A stretch of 64,000 nucleotides of DNA from positions 14,366 to 78,365 of the forward strand of contig JAJRSC010000014.1 of the NCBI GenBank assembly GCA_024278985.1, read 5' to 3'. This document shows positions 51,684-60,566 of this stretch, piece by piece. Position 1 is the stretch's first letter, and every line of letters starts with the position of its first letter. Made by a program: the position numbers and the translations under genes. The DNA is from an archaeon (GTDB lineage: Archaea > AGJL01 > Methanococci > Methanococcales > Methanocaldococcaceae). Below the pieces are notes generated by a model, which was not told the origin of the DNA, did not search any database, and saw only the letters and a list, made by a program, of their open reading frames with translations.

Positions 51684-52657
51684 AACCATGAATCAAGAGT
51701 TTTCTGTTTTATTTTTGAATTTATTATATTATAAAGTCTATCAACATGTTTTTTAACTCGCTCATAATTAAAATCATTTTCATCTACTAAAAATTTTATT
51801 AATCCATCTTTATTAGGCAATTTTAAATTTAAAGAATAGTCATCTGTAACTTTAGGTTCTTTAAATAACTTTTTTATTGCATAATAATTCTCAACTTCTT
51901 TCTCTAAAATGTTTTTAGCTACCCCTGTTCTAACTAATTCATATGCTCTTTTTATACCAATACCATAAACACCTTTTGGGTTATAATCTGTTCCAATTAG
52001 TATAGCCATATCTATTAAATCATCCAAAGATAATTTTAAACTTTCTAAAACATTATTTAACTCAATTAACTCCAAATTTTCATTAGTTGTTGTTAAATTT
52101 CTTACAACTCTTGGAGCTCCATATAGTAAAGCATCATAATCTTGACTAACAACAGCCCAAACATCTCCTTTTTTAGCCATATAACTGGCCTGAGCTTCAC
52201 CTTCAGATGGAGCTTGAACATAGGGAACTCCCATTAAATCTAAAAGATATTTACAGTTTTCTATCATTTTATTATTTAGGTAACTAACTCTCTTAGCATA
52301 TTTTACAATATCTTCTAAGTTTCCCTTTTTTATAGCCTCAGATAATTTTTCTTCAGCCTTCTCTTTTTCTTCTTTTCTTTTTAATTTTGTTTTTTTCTTC
52401 AATTCAGGAGATGTTCCATCAAAAACCCATACTGGAATAATATCATTCTCCAATAAATTTATAGTTTTATAAAAAATTCCATTATATGCTGAAGTTATCT
52501 CTCCTTTTTTGTTTTTTAGTGGAGACCCATCTTTTAATCTTATTGATGATAAAAATTGATATATTGCATTAAATCCATCAATTGCTACCTTTTTTCCAGA
52601 GAGGTCATTAAAAGTTATTGTTTTTCTTGGTATAAAATCACCAAATTGCACACCCAT
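51680..52657 (-). CDS. fen: Flap endonuclease 1
   Basis: MGVQ, AIDG, APSEGEAQA, SQDYD, GTDY; PIP box KQKTLDSWF. Confidence 0.96.
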   Translation of the reverse strand: MGVQFGDFIPRKTITFNDLSGKKVAIDGFNAIYQFLSSIRLKDGSPLKNKKGEITSAYNGIFYKTINLLENDIIPVWVFDGTSPELKKKTKLKRKEEKEKAEEKLSEAIKKGNLEDIVKYAKRVSYLNNKMIENCKYLLDLMGVPYVQAPSEGEAQASYMAKKGDVWAVVSQDYDALLYGAPRVVRNLTTTNENLELIELNNVLESLKLSLDDLIDMAILIGTDYNPKGVYGIGIKRAYELVRTGVAKNILEKEVENYYAIKKLFKEPKVTDDYSLNLKLPNKDGLIKFLVDENDFNYERVKKHVDRLYNIINSKIKQKTLDSWF

Positions 52658-52667
52658 TTACTTCACC

Positions 52668-53315
52668 TTAATATGTGTATCCAGCAGGAAGTACATGCAC
52701 ATTATCAAAATAACAACCTTTTCCTCCAAATCCTACACCTCCCCATTTTATAGAGAGAGTTCCATTATATTCAAGATATTTCTGGTCTTGAACATATAAG
52801 TCAACAGAATTGTTAGTTACAACTATCTTATATCTTAAGAACATATTTCCATATGATGTTGCAGCATCATATGATTCTGCTAATTTTTTTACATGATTTT
52901 TATCAAACTCACAAAGTTCATATCCTCTACTAAATGGTTCAATGTAGATATAATATCCTCTTGTAGCATTATCCTGTAATCTAAAATATATTTTTGCTGA
53001 ATCTAAATCATTTGGTACTAATACATCGATAGTATATACAAAATTTGTATAGTTCATATCTATGTATAAGATTCCATCTTTTAAACACTGAACAACTTTA
53101 TTATTACTACTCCCTCCTTGAGTTCCAGGAATATTAACAGTTGGAGGATAAGTAATTATAAAAGTACCATTTTTTACTTTCCAATCTCCAAAAGGTGCCT
53201 GACTACCAACAGGATACTCCGAAAAGTCATCATAAAATTCTCCTACTCCTTTACTAAAACATCCTGCAAATATTATAAGAATTGGCAACAATATAACAAA
53301 AATTTTTTTTATCAT
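52668..53315 (-). CDS. Secreted lipoprotein, beta-sandwich (DUF1080/ConA-like) of unknown function
   Basis: Lipobox IFAGC; FYDDFS, W, GYY, GGVGF, YFDNV pattern. Confidence 0.6.
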   Translation of the reverse strand: MIKKIFVILLPILIIFAGCFSKGVGEFYDDFSEYPVGSQAPFGDWKVKNGTFIITYPPTVNIPGTQGGSSNNKVVQCLKDGILYIDMNYTNFVYTIDVLVPNDLDSAKIYFRLQDNATRGYYIYIEPFSRGYELCEFDKNHVKKLAESYDAATSYGNMFLRYKIVVTNNSVDLYVQDQKYLEYNGTLSIKWGGVGFGGKGCYFDNVHVLPAGYTY

Positions 53316-54415
53316 TCTTTCACCATACAGGATAATATCTCTTTAAGACTTGCATCAGTTTTTATTCCTCTTGGATTATAATGAGTTCTTGAGGCTTTAA
53401 AACCTTTCTTTTTAAGTTCATTAATAATTATATCTATTGGTGGGACAGAAATTTTTAATAATTTTCCTAATAAGTGAGTATCATAACATCCTATTTTATC
53501 AATCTCTGACTCTTCTAAAATAATTGATAATATCTTATATGCTCTTTCAAATTTATTCTCTTCTGCTATATCTAATGCTCTTTCTACAATTTTCTTATCA
53601 TAAATATTTTTTAAATAAAATGGTCCCTTAAACTCTTTGTTATAACCTTCCTCATAAGACTTTATAATTTTTTCTCCATTATTATCCATAATATACCCAA
53701 TTTCATCAAATATTTTATCTGCCTTTTTTGCACCTCTATCAGTTTTTAAATAAACCCTTACATAATGGTCAGTTGCATGGCATAAAATTGGTTTTAAATA
53801 TAGTTCATACTTAGCTGCAGTTCTTAATACATAACCTACTAACAACCTTAAAGCCATCTCATGGCAATCTTTTGATAATAAAGGATATGCTAAATATTTT
53901 CTAAGACATGCTTTTTTAGCCCTACCACATAAAGCAGCAGTATCTGTTGCAGTTAAGCATAATAGGGCATTTTTTGGTTTTAATGCTCTTAAAGCAGAGT
54001 CTATATAAGGGACAGGAGAACCAAATGGGTCTAAATCTACAACATTAAAAAATCTAAAATGTTTTGACAAAAAAAGATTTGCATCTTCATTAAATACCTC
54101 TATATTAGTTATGTTGTTAAGTTTGGCATTCTCTAAGATTTGCTTATATGCTTTTGGATTAATATCATTAAGATAAACCATAACATCTTTATTTATTTCT
54201 TTGGCATATCTTAATCCTCTTACACCACTCCCTGCTAATGCTTCTCCTATAACTACATGATTATCTTTATGATAAAGCTCTAAAAATGCATTTATTACAC
54301 AGATAGCAATATCTCTTCCAGTTTTCATTTTTGGATTGTAAAAAACTTCATCCTTCTTAGTTATTGTTAGGTTATCAGGTACTTTAAACTCAATACTTCC
54401 CTCCCTTAAAATCAT
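53312..54415 (-). CDS. trm1: tRNA (guanine-26 N2) dimethyltransferase
   Basis: VFYNP, GSGVRGLRY, DLDPFGSP, TATD, SRTH. Confidence 0.95.
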   Translation of the reverse strand: MILREGSIEFKVPDNLTITKKDEVFYNPKMKTGRDIAICVINAFLELYHKDNHVVIGEALAGSGVRGLRYAKEINKDVMVYLNDINPKAYKQILENAKLNNITNIEVFNEDANLFLSKHFRFFNVVDLDPFGSPVPYIDSALRALKPKNALLCLTATDTAALCGRAKKACLRKYLAYPLLSKDCHEMALRLLVGYVLRTAAKYELYLKPILCHATDHYVRVYLKTDRGAKKADKIFDEIGYIMDNNGEKIIKSYEEGYNKEFKGPFYLKNIYDKKIVERALDIAEENKFERAYKILSIILEESEIDKIGCYDTHLLGKLLKISVPPIDIIINELKKKGFKASRTHYNPRGIKTDASLKEILSCMVKE

Positions 54416-54574
54416 AAACATCCCTTAGGTAGTTTTTTAATTAGTTCATAGATTTTTTAATTTTTAAACTAAGTATATATAAATATATGATATTAGTTTT
54501 TCTAATAGATAAAGTTATATTATTAATACAATTAATTAATTATTTAAATTTAAAATCAGAGAATAGGGGTAGAT

Positions 54575-54799
54575 ATGAGAAAAACTTTAGATGTTTCTGG
54601 AGATATATGTCCTATTCCAGTTTTAAAGACAAAAAAGGCATTAGAGGAATTAAATGATGGAGATGAATTAGAAGTTATAGGTGATTATAAACCTGCATTA
54701 GAAAATATAAAAAGATTTGTTTTATCCCAAGGTCATGAAGTTTTAGAAACTGAAGAAACTGAAAAAGGTTTTAGAATTGTTATAAAGGTGAAAAAATGA
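54575..54799 (+). CDS. TusA/SirA-family sulfur carrier
   Basis: LDVSGDICPIPV motif. Confidence 0.9.
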   Translation: MRKTLDVSGDICPIPVLKTKKALEELNDGDELEVIGDYKPALENIKRFVLSQGHEVLETEETEKGFRIVIKVKK

Positions 54800-55140
54800 A
54801 ATTTACAGTTATTATTACTGAAGCTCCATATGGTAAAGAGAGAGCATATTCAGGTTTAAGATTTGCTTTAACATCTCTTTTGGAAGGTATTGAGGTTAAT
54901 ATTTTCCTTATTGAAAATGGTGTTTATGTTGCTAAGAAAAATCAAGAACCTTCAGAGGTTCCAAACTACTTAGAGTTATTAAAAAATGCCATTGATTTAG
55001 GAGCAAATGTTAAAGTATGTGGTCCCTGCTGTAAAGCAAGAGGTTTAAAAGAAGAGGATTTAATAGAAGGTGCTAAATTAGCTACAATGCATGATTTGGT
55101 TGCATTTGTTAAAGAAAGTGATAATGTTGTCACATTTTAA
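54796..55140 (+). CDS. DsrE-family sulfur relay protein
   Basis: APYGKE, FLIENGV, VCGPCCKARG. Confidence 0.88.
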   Translation: MKFTVIITEAPYGKERAYSGLRFALTSLLEGIEVNIFLIENGVYVAKKNQEPSEVPNYLELLKNAIDLGANVKVCGPCCKARGLKEEDLIEGAKLATMHDLVAFVKESDNVVTF

Positions 55141-55678
55141 GGATGAAATTGAAGTTATTGGTTTTGATGATGCTCCTTTTAAAAAGGAAGATAAAGAATG
55201 CATTTTAATAGCTACATATATGAGAGGAAATAAAATTGTAGATGGTGTTTATTTTAAAAAATTTCAAAAAGATGGGTTGGATGTTACTGACAAGATGTTA
55301 GAAATAATAAAAGGAAAGCACTATTCAAAAATAAAATTTATTTTTTTATCTGGAATTACTTATGGTGGTTTTAATATAGCAGATATAAATAAAATCTATT
55401 TTGAAACTAAAAAACCAGTTATTGTGTGTATAGATAGGTATCCTAATTATAATAAGATTTATTCAGCTATAAAAAAACATTTTCCTGATTGGAAAAGAAG
55501 AATTAATATAATTGAATCACTACCTAAACCTATAAAATTAGATAATATATATATTCAATATATTGGTACTGATATACCTAAAATAAAAGAACTTCTTAAA
55601 AAAACAAGATTAAAAAGTAAATTTCCAGAGTGTTTAAGATTATCCCATATTATTGGAAGAGGTCTTTTAGATATATAA
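55124..55678 (+). CDS. DUF99 (endonuclease dU/EndoV-like) protein
   Basis: GFDDAPF, DGLDVT, GITYGGFN, PECLRLSHII. Confidence 0.82.
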   Translation: MLSHFKDEIEVIGFDDAPFKKEDKECILIATYMRGNKIVDGVYFKKFQKDGLDVTDKMLEIIKGKHYSKIKFIFLSGITYGGFNIADINKIYFETKKPVIVCIDRYPNYNKIYSAIKKHFPDWKRRINIIESLPKPIKLDNIYIQYIGTDIPKIKELLKKTRLKSKFPECLRLSHIIGRGLLDI

Positions 55679-55770
55679 ATAACTTAGTTATAAAATTTTT
55701 AAATCAAAAACTTTAAATAATATAAAAAATAAGTAAATTACATAAGAACAATATTATAGAAGGGATAATT

Positions 55771-55956
55771 TTGAACTATTTTTTTAGTATAAAAGAAGGA
55801 AATGATTTTGAAAAAAAGCATACTTCTTTTATTTATAATCCTGATAAAGTTAAATATAATGAATATTTTGAAGTTAAAATTTCTACGGGAATGCATCACT
55901 CTATAGAAGATGGTCCTTTTATTCATTGGATTGAATTGTTTATAGATATAAATTAA
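55771..55956 (+). pseudogene. sor: Truncated superoxide reductase (neelaredoxin type)
   Basis: FEKKHT...FEVKISTG.HHSIEDGPFIHWIEL then stop; His of HFIHWIE replaced by Pro; C-terminal CNxHG ligand segment missing. Confidence 0.75.
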
Positions 55957-55984
55957 GTAATAAATAAAGAAAAGGTGAAAATGA

Positions 55985-56143
55985 ATGGCAAAATATCAAT
56001 GTATGTGTGGTTGGATTTATGATGAAGAAAAAGGTGAGCCATCTCAAAATATTTCACCAGGGACAAAATGGGAGGATTTACCAGAAGATTTTAGATGCCC
56101 CCAGTGTGGTTTAGGAAAAAATGCATTTAGAAAGATAGAATAA
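55985..56143 (+). CDS. Rubredoxin (52 aa, below the ORF-track cutoff)
   Basis: MAKYQCMCGWIYDEEKGEPSQNISPGTKWEDLPEDFRCPQCGLGKNAFRKIE; GGTGA RBS. Confidence 0.92.
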   Translation: MAKYQCMCGWIYDEEKGEPSQNISPGTKWEDLPEDFRCPQCGLGKNAFRKIE

Positions 56144-56162
56144 TAAAATTTGAGGGATACAT

Positions 56163-56441
56163 ATGATAACTACTAACCATCCATTATATGAGGCTTTAAA
56201 AGACATTCAAGATTTTAAATTAAGATTAGTAGAATACTTTAAGGATAAGAAGGATATATTTCCAATAAAAAGTAAAATTGAGTTAGCTGAAGCTTTACCC
56301 TGCGGTATATCTTTACCCTGTGGAGAGATAGAGGCAGGAGAATTAGTGAAATTACTAACTGACAATGACTTTCCAATAAAAGACCCAGAAGATTTAGCTA
56401 TGAAATTAGCAAATAAATGTTTAATTAAAAAAGAGGAGTAG
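56163..56441 (+). CDS. MTH865-like protein
   Basis: Duplicated FPIK motif; ALPCG...AGELVKLLTDNDFPIKDPEDLA. Confidence 0.65.
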   Translation: MITTNHPLYEALKDIQDFKLRLVEYFKDKKDIFPIKSKIELAEALPCGISLPCGEIEAGELVKLLTDNDFPIKDPEDLAMKLANKCLIKKEE

Positions 56442-56447
56442 TAAATT

Positions 56448-56633
56448 ATGGGATGGTGGAAATGTTCAAATTGTGACTATTTATTTGAAGCAGAGAAACC
56501 TCCTGAGAAATGTTCAAATTGTGGAAAAAATGCACTTTCTATGATGTAACCTGCTACACACCAAGAATGTGGATGTAAAGGTTATGACCCAAAATTAGTT
56601 GCAAGAAAGCCAGAAGATGAAAGTAAATTTTAA
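56448..56633 (+). pseudogene. Rubredoxin-like (RCKP-type) zinc/iron-ribbon gene with two frameshifts
   Basis: [26 protein letters not shown], -1 at about 56530, [11 protein letters not shown], +1 at about 56564, ECGCKGYDPKL...; TAA in the shifted segment. Confidence 0.75.
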
Positions 56634-56652
56634 AAATAATTAGGTGACAAAA

Positions 56653-57336
56653 ATGTGCGAAACTAAAGAAGAACTCTGTTGTAAAGTAGTTATAGGGCAA
56701 AAGTTTCCTGAGGTAGAAGTTAAAACTACACATGGTATTATAAAACTTCCTGATTATTATGTAGAAAAAGGAAAATGGTTTGTCTTATTTAGTCATCCAG
56801 CAGACTTTACTCCTGTCTGTACAACTGAATTTGTTGGATTTCAAAAAAGATATGACCAATTTAGAGAATTAAACTGTGAGTTAATAGGTTTAAGTATTGA
56901 CCAAGTATTTAGTCATATTAAATGGATAGAATGGATAAAAGATAAGTTAGGAGTAGAAATAGAATTTCCTATAATTGCTGATGATATGGGTAAATTAGCA
57001 GAAAAATTAGGAATGATAAGCCCATACAAAGGAACTAATACTGTTAGAGCAGTCTTTATAGTTGATGATAAAGGGATTATAAGGGCTATAATATACTATC
57101 CTCAAGAAATTGGTAGAAACTTAGATGAGATTGTTAGAGCTGTTAAAGCCTTACAAACCTCTGATAAGTATGGAGTAGCAACTCCTGCAAATTGGCCAAA
57201 TAATGAGTTAATTGGAGATAAAGTTATAATTCCTCCAGCTTCAAATATTAAAGAGAAAAAACAAAGAGAAGAAGCATGTAAAAATGGAGAAATTGAATGT
57301 TATGACTGGTGGTTCTGCTATAAGAGTTTAGAGTAA
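56653..57336 (+). CDS. Archaeal Prx6-type peroxiredoxin
   Basis: [35 protein letters not shown]. Confidence 0.95.
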   Translation: MCETKEELCCKVVIGQKFPEVEVKTTHGIIKLPDYYVEKGKWFVLFSHPADFTPVCTTEFVGFQKRYDQFRELNCELIGLSIDQVFSHIKWIEWIKDKLGVEIEFPIIADDMGKLAEKLGMISPYKGTNTVRAVFIVDDKGIIRAIIYYPQEIGRNLDEIVRAVKALQTSDKYGVATPANWPNNELIGDKVIIPPASNIKEKKQREEACKNGEIECYDWWFCYKSLE

Positions 57337-57383
57337 ATTAATTCTACTCTTTTATTTTTTATTAAATTTTAAGGTGATAACTA

Positions 57384-57626
57384 ATGGTAGAGCTTAAAAT
57401 AGCATGCAAATTAGATGGAACATGTGAAAAACCAAAATATAGAAAATATAAGTGTAAAGTTTGTGGATGGGTATATGACCCATTAAAAGGAGACCCAAGT
57501 CAAAATATTCCTCCAAAAACTCCATTTGAAAAACTTCCAGATAACTGGATTTGTCCAGTATGTAGAGGAAGAGTTGGTAAAGAATCTTTTGAGCCATTAG
57601 ATGAATGGGTAGAATTTGAGGAATAA
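57384..57626 (+). CDS. Rubredoxin with N-terminal Cys extension
   Basis: [10 protein letters not shown]...WICPVC; extra CKLDGTC. Confidence 0.9.
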   Translation: MVELKIACKLDGTCEKPKYRKYKCKVCGWVYDPLKGDPSQNIPPKTPFEKLPDNWICPVCRGRVGKESFEPLDEWVEFEE

Positions 57627-57651
57627 AAATCTTAAATAATAGGGAAATTTT

Positions 57652-58236
57652 ATGAAAAAAACCATTGTAAATTTGATAAAAGCATATATTGGGGAGAGTT
57701 TAGCAAGGAATAGATATACATGCTATGCAAAAATTGCAAAGCAAGAGGGATATGAACAAATTGCTGAAATATTTTTATTAACCGCAGAGAATGAAAGAGA
57801 GCATGCTAAATGGTTATATTACTTAGCAAATGAATTAAAAAAGAAATATAACATTACCGAACCAATTATCTTAAACAATATAGAAGTCCCATTAATCTTG
57901 GGAAATACTGCTGAAAATTTAAAGGCATCAATTGAAGGAGAGCATTTTGAACACACTGAAATGTATCCAAAGTTAGCAGAAATTGCAGAAAAAGAAGGGT
58001 TAAAAGAGATAGCAGATAGATTAAGGGCTATTGCAATTGCTGAAAAGCATCATGAAGAGAGATTTAAAAAATTATTAAATGAAGTTGAAAATGGAACAGT
58101 ATTTAAGAAAAATGAACCTGTAGAGTGGGTTTGTAGAAAATGTGGATATGTTCATTTAGGGGAAAAACCACCAGAAGAATGCCCTTCATGTAGCCATCCA
58201 AGAAAATACTTTGAAGTTAAATGTGAAAAATACTAA
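57652..58236 (+). CDS. rbr: Rubrerythrin
   Basis: GES.ARNRY, ENEREHA, AEKHHEER, CRKCG...CPSC. Confidence 0.95.
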   Translation: MKKTIVNLIKAYIGESLARNRYTCYAKIAKQEGYEQIAEIFLLTAENEREHAKWLYYLANELKKKYNITEPIILNNIEVPLILGNTAENLKASIEGEHFEHTEMYPKLAEIAEKEGLKEIADRLRAIAIAEKHHEERFKKLLNEVENGTVFKKNEPVEWVCRKCGYVHLGEKPPEECPSCSHPRKYFEVKCEKY

Positions 58237-58344
58237 ATTGGAAAAATTATAAAAGTTATAGTTTTGTATTAAAAGTAAGAAAGGTTAATTAAAAAATCTA
58301 AAATAGGATATTAATTTTTTATTATACATATAAATTTAAATAAA

Positions 58345-59100
58345 TTATATTATTCCAAAAGTATCTCCTCTTAAACCTCTTCTTAAAGTTTCTAAACTGA
58401 TAACTTCATCATATGCAATATTCCCAAGATTTACCTTACTTCCAAATTTTTTTATAAAATATACTTGCTGATGTTTTTGAGGGGCTTCAAAAATTAAGTT
58501 TTTTATATCTATAAAATTAACTAATTTATTAATCTCATCCTCTTTTACATTTCCATTTTTATCATATACTCCTATTCCTTTTCCACTTTCTCTACCTTCA
58601 ATAATAACATAATCAGCTCCATTATCTAAATCAAATTTTATTAATTCAATTCTTTTATCTATTGATAATAATTTATCTTTTTCTATATTTTTCTTTCCTA
58701 CTTCAGTTAAAACTTCAAAACCCTCCTCTTTTACTCTTTTTATATACTCTCCTCTGTCCTCTTTTTCAATATATAAAGAACCATCAGATATTTCTATAGC
58801 ATCAAAATTTAAATCTTTGCACTCATCTAAAAATTCATTAAACTTATCTTTTAATATACAGTACTCAAATAATGTTCCTCCTGGATAGACCTTTATATTA
58901 TAATCTTGATACAACCTTATTTTATTTTTTAATAAATCTTTGTTTATTGTTGCTGAAGTACCCCAACCAAGTTTAATATAATCTATATACTCCCCACAAA
59001 TCTTTAAATAGTCCTCAATAAATTTTATTGGTAACCCTTTATCTAATACTAATGTTATTCCTCTATTATATGGAGAATATAAAAATTCAAATGCCAACAT
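58345..59100 (-). CDS. comA: Phosphosulfolactate synthase (coenzyme M biosynthesis)
   Basis: LDKG, KLGWGTS, PGGTLFE, EVGKK, EGRESG, LETLRRGLRGDT. Confidence 0.95.
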   Translation of the reverse strand: MLAFEFLYSPYNRGITLVLDKGLPIKFIEDYLKICGEYIDYIKLGWGTSATINKDLLKNKIRLYQDYNIKVYPGGTLFEYCILKDKFNEFLDECKDLNFDAIEISDGSLYIEKEDRGEYIKRVKEEGFEVLTEVGKKNIEKDKLLSIDKRIELIKFDLDNGADYVIIEGRESGKGIGVYDKNGNVKEDEINKLVNFIDIKNLIFEAPQKHQQVYFIKKFGSKVNLGNIAYDEVISLETLRRGLRGDTFGII

Positions 59101-59209
59101 CCTTATCTCCCTTATATGAAAATTTTTTTATTTTATGGAAAATATTTATTTATATATCCTATCTTTAAAAGGATAAAATAGTATATAACATTTATGATTT
59201 GGTGAATTT

Positions 59210-59725
59210 ATGAAGGGAAGTTTAGCAGTATATAGAGGACTTATTGATGGAGGAATTAATTTTATATGCTCTGTCCCTTGTGCAAATTTAAAAAATCTCT
59301 TAAATCTTATAGAATCTGAAAGAAAGATTTTTCATTTACCTACAACAAGGGAAGAGGAAGCATTTGGAATATGTGCTGGAGCTTATTTATCAGGAAAAAA
59401 AACAGCTATATTAATGCAAAATTCTGGATTAGGAAATTCAATAAATGCTATTGCCTCATTATATAAAGTCTATCAAATACCTACTCTTCTAATTATAAGC
59501 CATAGAGGACTTTTAAAGGAGCAAATTCCTGCCCAGATACCAATGGGATTATGGACAGAAAAACTTTTAGATGTTTGTGAAATTCCATTCTTTAAACCAA
59601 AAAATCCAGAAGAAGCATATAAAATAATCCTTGAAGGGGCTAAATATATGGATAAAATTAGTTATCCAGTTGCTATACTGTTGGATGCACTATATTGGGA
59701 ATATGATAATGATGTGAAAAAATGA
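59210..59725 (+). CDS. comD: Sulfopyruvate decarboxylase alpha subunit
   Basis: SVPC, TREEEA, MQNSGLGN, SHRG. Confidence 0.93.
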   Translation: MKGSLAVYRGLIDGGINFICSVPCANLKNLLNLIESERKIFHLPTTREEEAFGICAGAYLSGKKTAILMQNSGLGNSINAIASLYKVYQIPTLLIISHRGLLKEQIPAQIPMGLWTEKLLDVCEIPFFKPKNPEEAYKIILEGAKYMDKISYPVAILLDALYWEYDNDVKK

Positions 59726-60282
59726 GGAGAATAGAGGTAATTAAAAAGATTGTTGAAAATGTTAAAGATAATGAAATTATTGTTAGCAATATAGGAGTTC
59801 CTTCAAAAGAACTCTACTATCTTAAAGATAGAGATAGAAATTTTTATATGCTTGGCTCTATGGGATTAGCATCTTCAATTGGCTTAGGAATAGCTTTAAA
59901 CTGTAATGAGAAGGTTATAGTCATAGATGGGGATGGGTCTATATTAATGAATCTTGGAACCCTTTCAACTATATCATACAGTGGTGTAAAAAATTTAATA
60001 TTGGTAGTTGTTGATAACTCTGTATATGGTTCAACAGGTAACCAAAAAACACATACCTCTAAAAATACAAATATTAAAAAAATTGCTGAAGGTTGTGGAT
60101 TGGATAGTGTTGAAGTCAATAACTTGGAAGATTTTGAAAAGGAATTTAAAAAATCTTTGAATACTGATAAATGTAGAGTAATTATTGCAAAAACAATTCC
60201 ATACAATGAGAAAGTTCCAAATATTGATATTCCTCCAGTTATGATAAAGTTTAGATTTATGAACTCTTTGGTGGAAAAATGA
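59722..60282 (+). CDS. comE: Sulfopyruvate decarboxylase beta subunit
   Basis: FYMLGSMG, DGDGSILMN, DN..YGSTG.Q. Confidence 0.93.
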   Translation: MRRIEVIKKIVENVKDNEIIVSNIGVPSKELYYLKDRDRNFYMLGSMGLASSIGLGIALNCNEKVIVIDGDGSILMNLGTLSTISYSGVKNLILVVVDNSVYGSTGNQKTHTSKNTNIKKIAEGCGLDSVEVNNLEDFEKEFKKSLNTDKCRVIIAKTIPYNEKVPNIDIPPVMIKFRFMNSLVEK

Positions 60283-60566
60283 AATTAGCAGTAGATGGAG
60301 TATTTTATGTGAGAGAAGGTTTTGATTTTAATAAAGCATTTAAAGAAATATTAAAATTATTGGGAGAAGATACAAAAATATTATCTGTTGAATATCCAGA
60401 ATTAGCATTAATTTCAGAATTTGGCTATTATTATAGATGTGGTTTTATATTGGATAAACCTCTTAAAGAAAAATTAACTGAGGAAGATTTAAACAAGATT
60501 AGGGAAAAAATCAGAGAATTATTTAAAGATGAAATTATCTATTCTTTAAAGTGTGAAATTCTTTAG
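60279..60566 (+). CDS. Hypothetical protein
   Basis: 95-aa ORF coupled to comE by an ATGA overlap. Confidence 0.6.
   Translation: MKLAVDGVFYVREGFDFNKAFKEILKLLGEDTKILSVEYPELALISEFGYYYRCGFILDKPLKEKLTEEDLNKIREKIRELFKDEIIYSLKCEIL

Noticed and set aside
54575-55678. tusA-dsrE-DUF99 cluster as a new sulfur relay
   Set aside because: TusA/DsrE pairs are widespread; no evidence links DUF99 functionally or ties the cluster to the 46-50 kb operon
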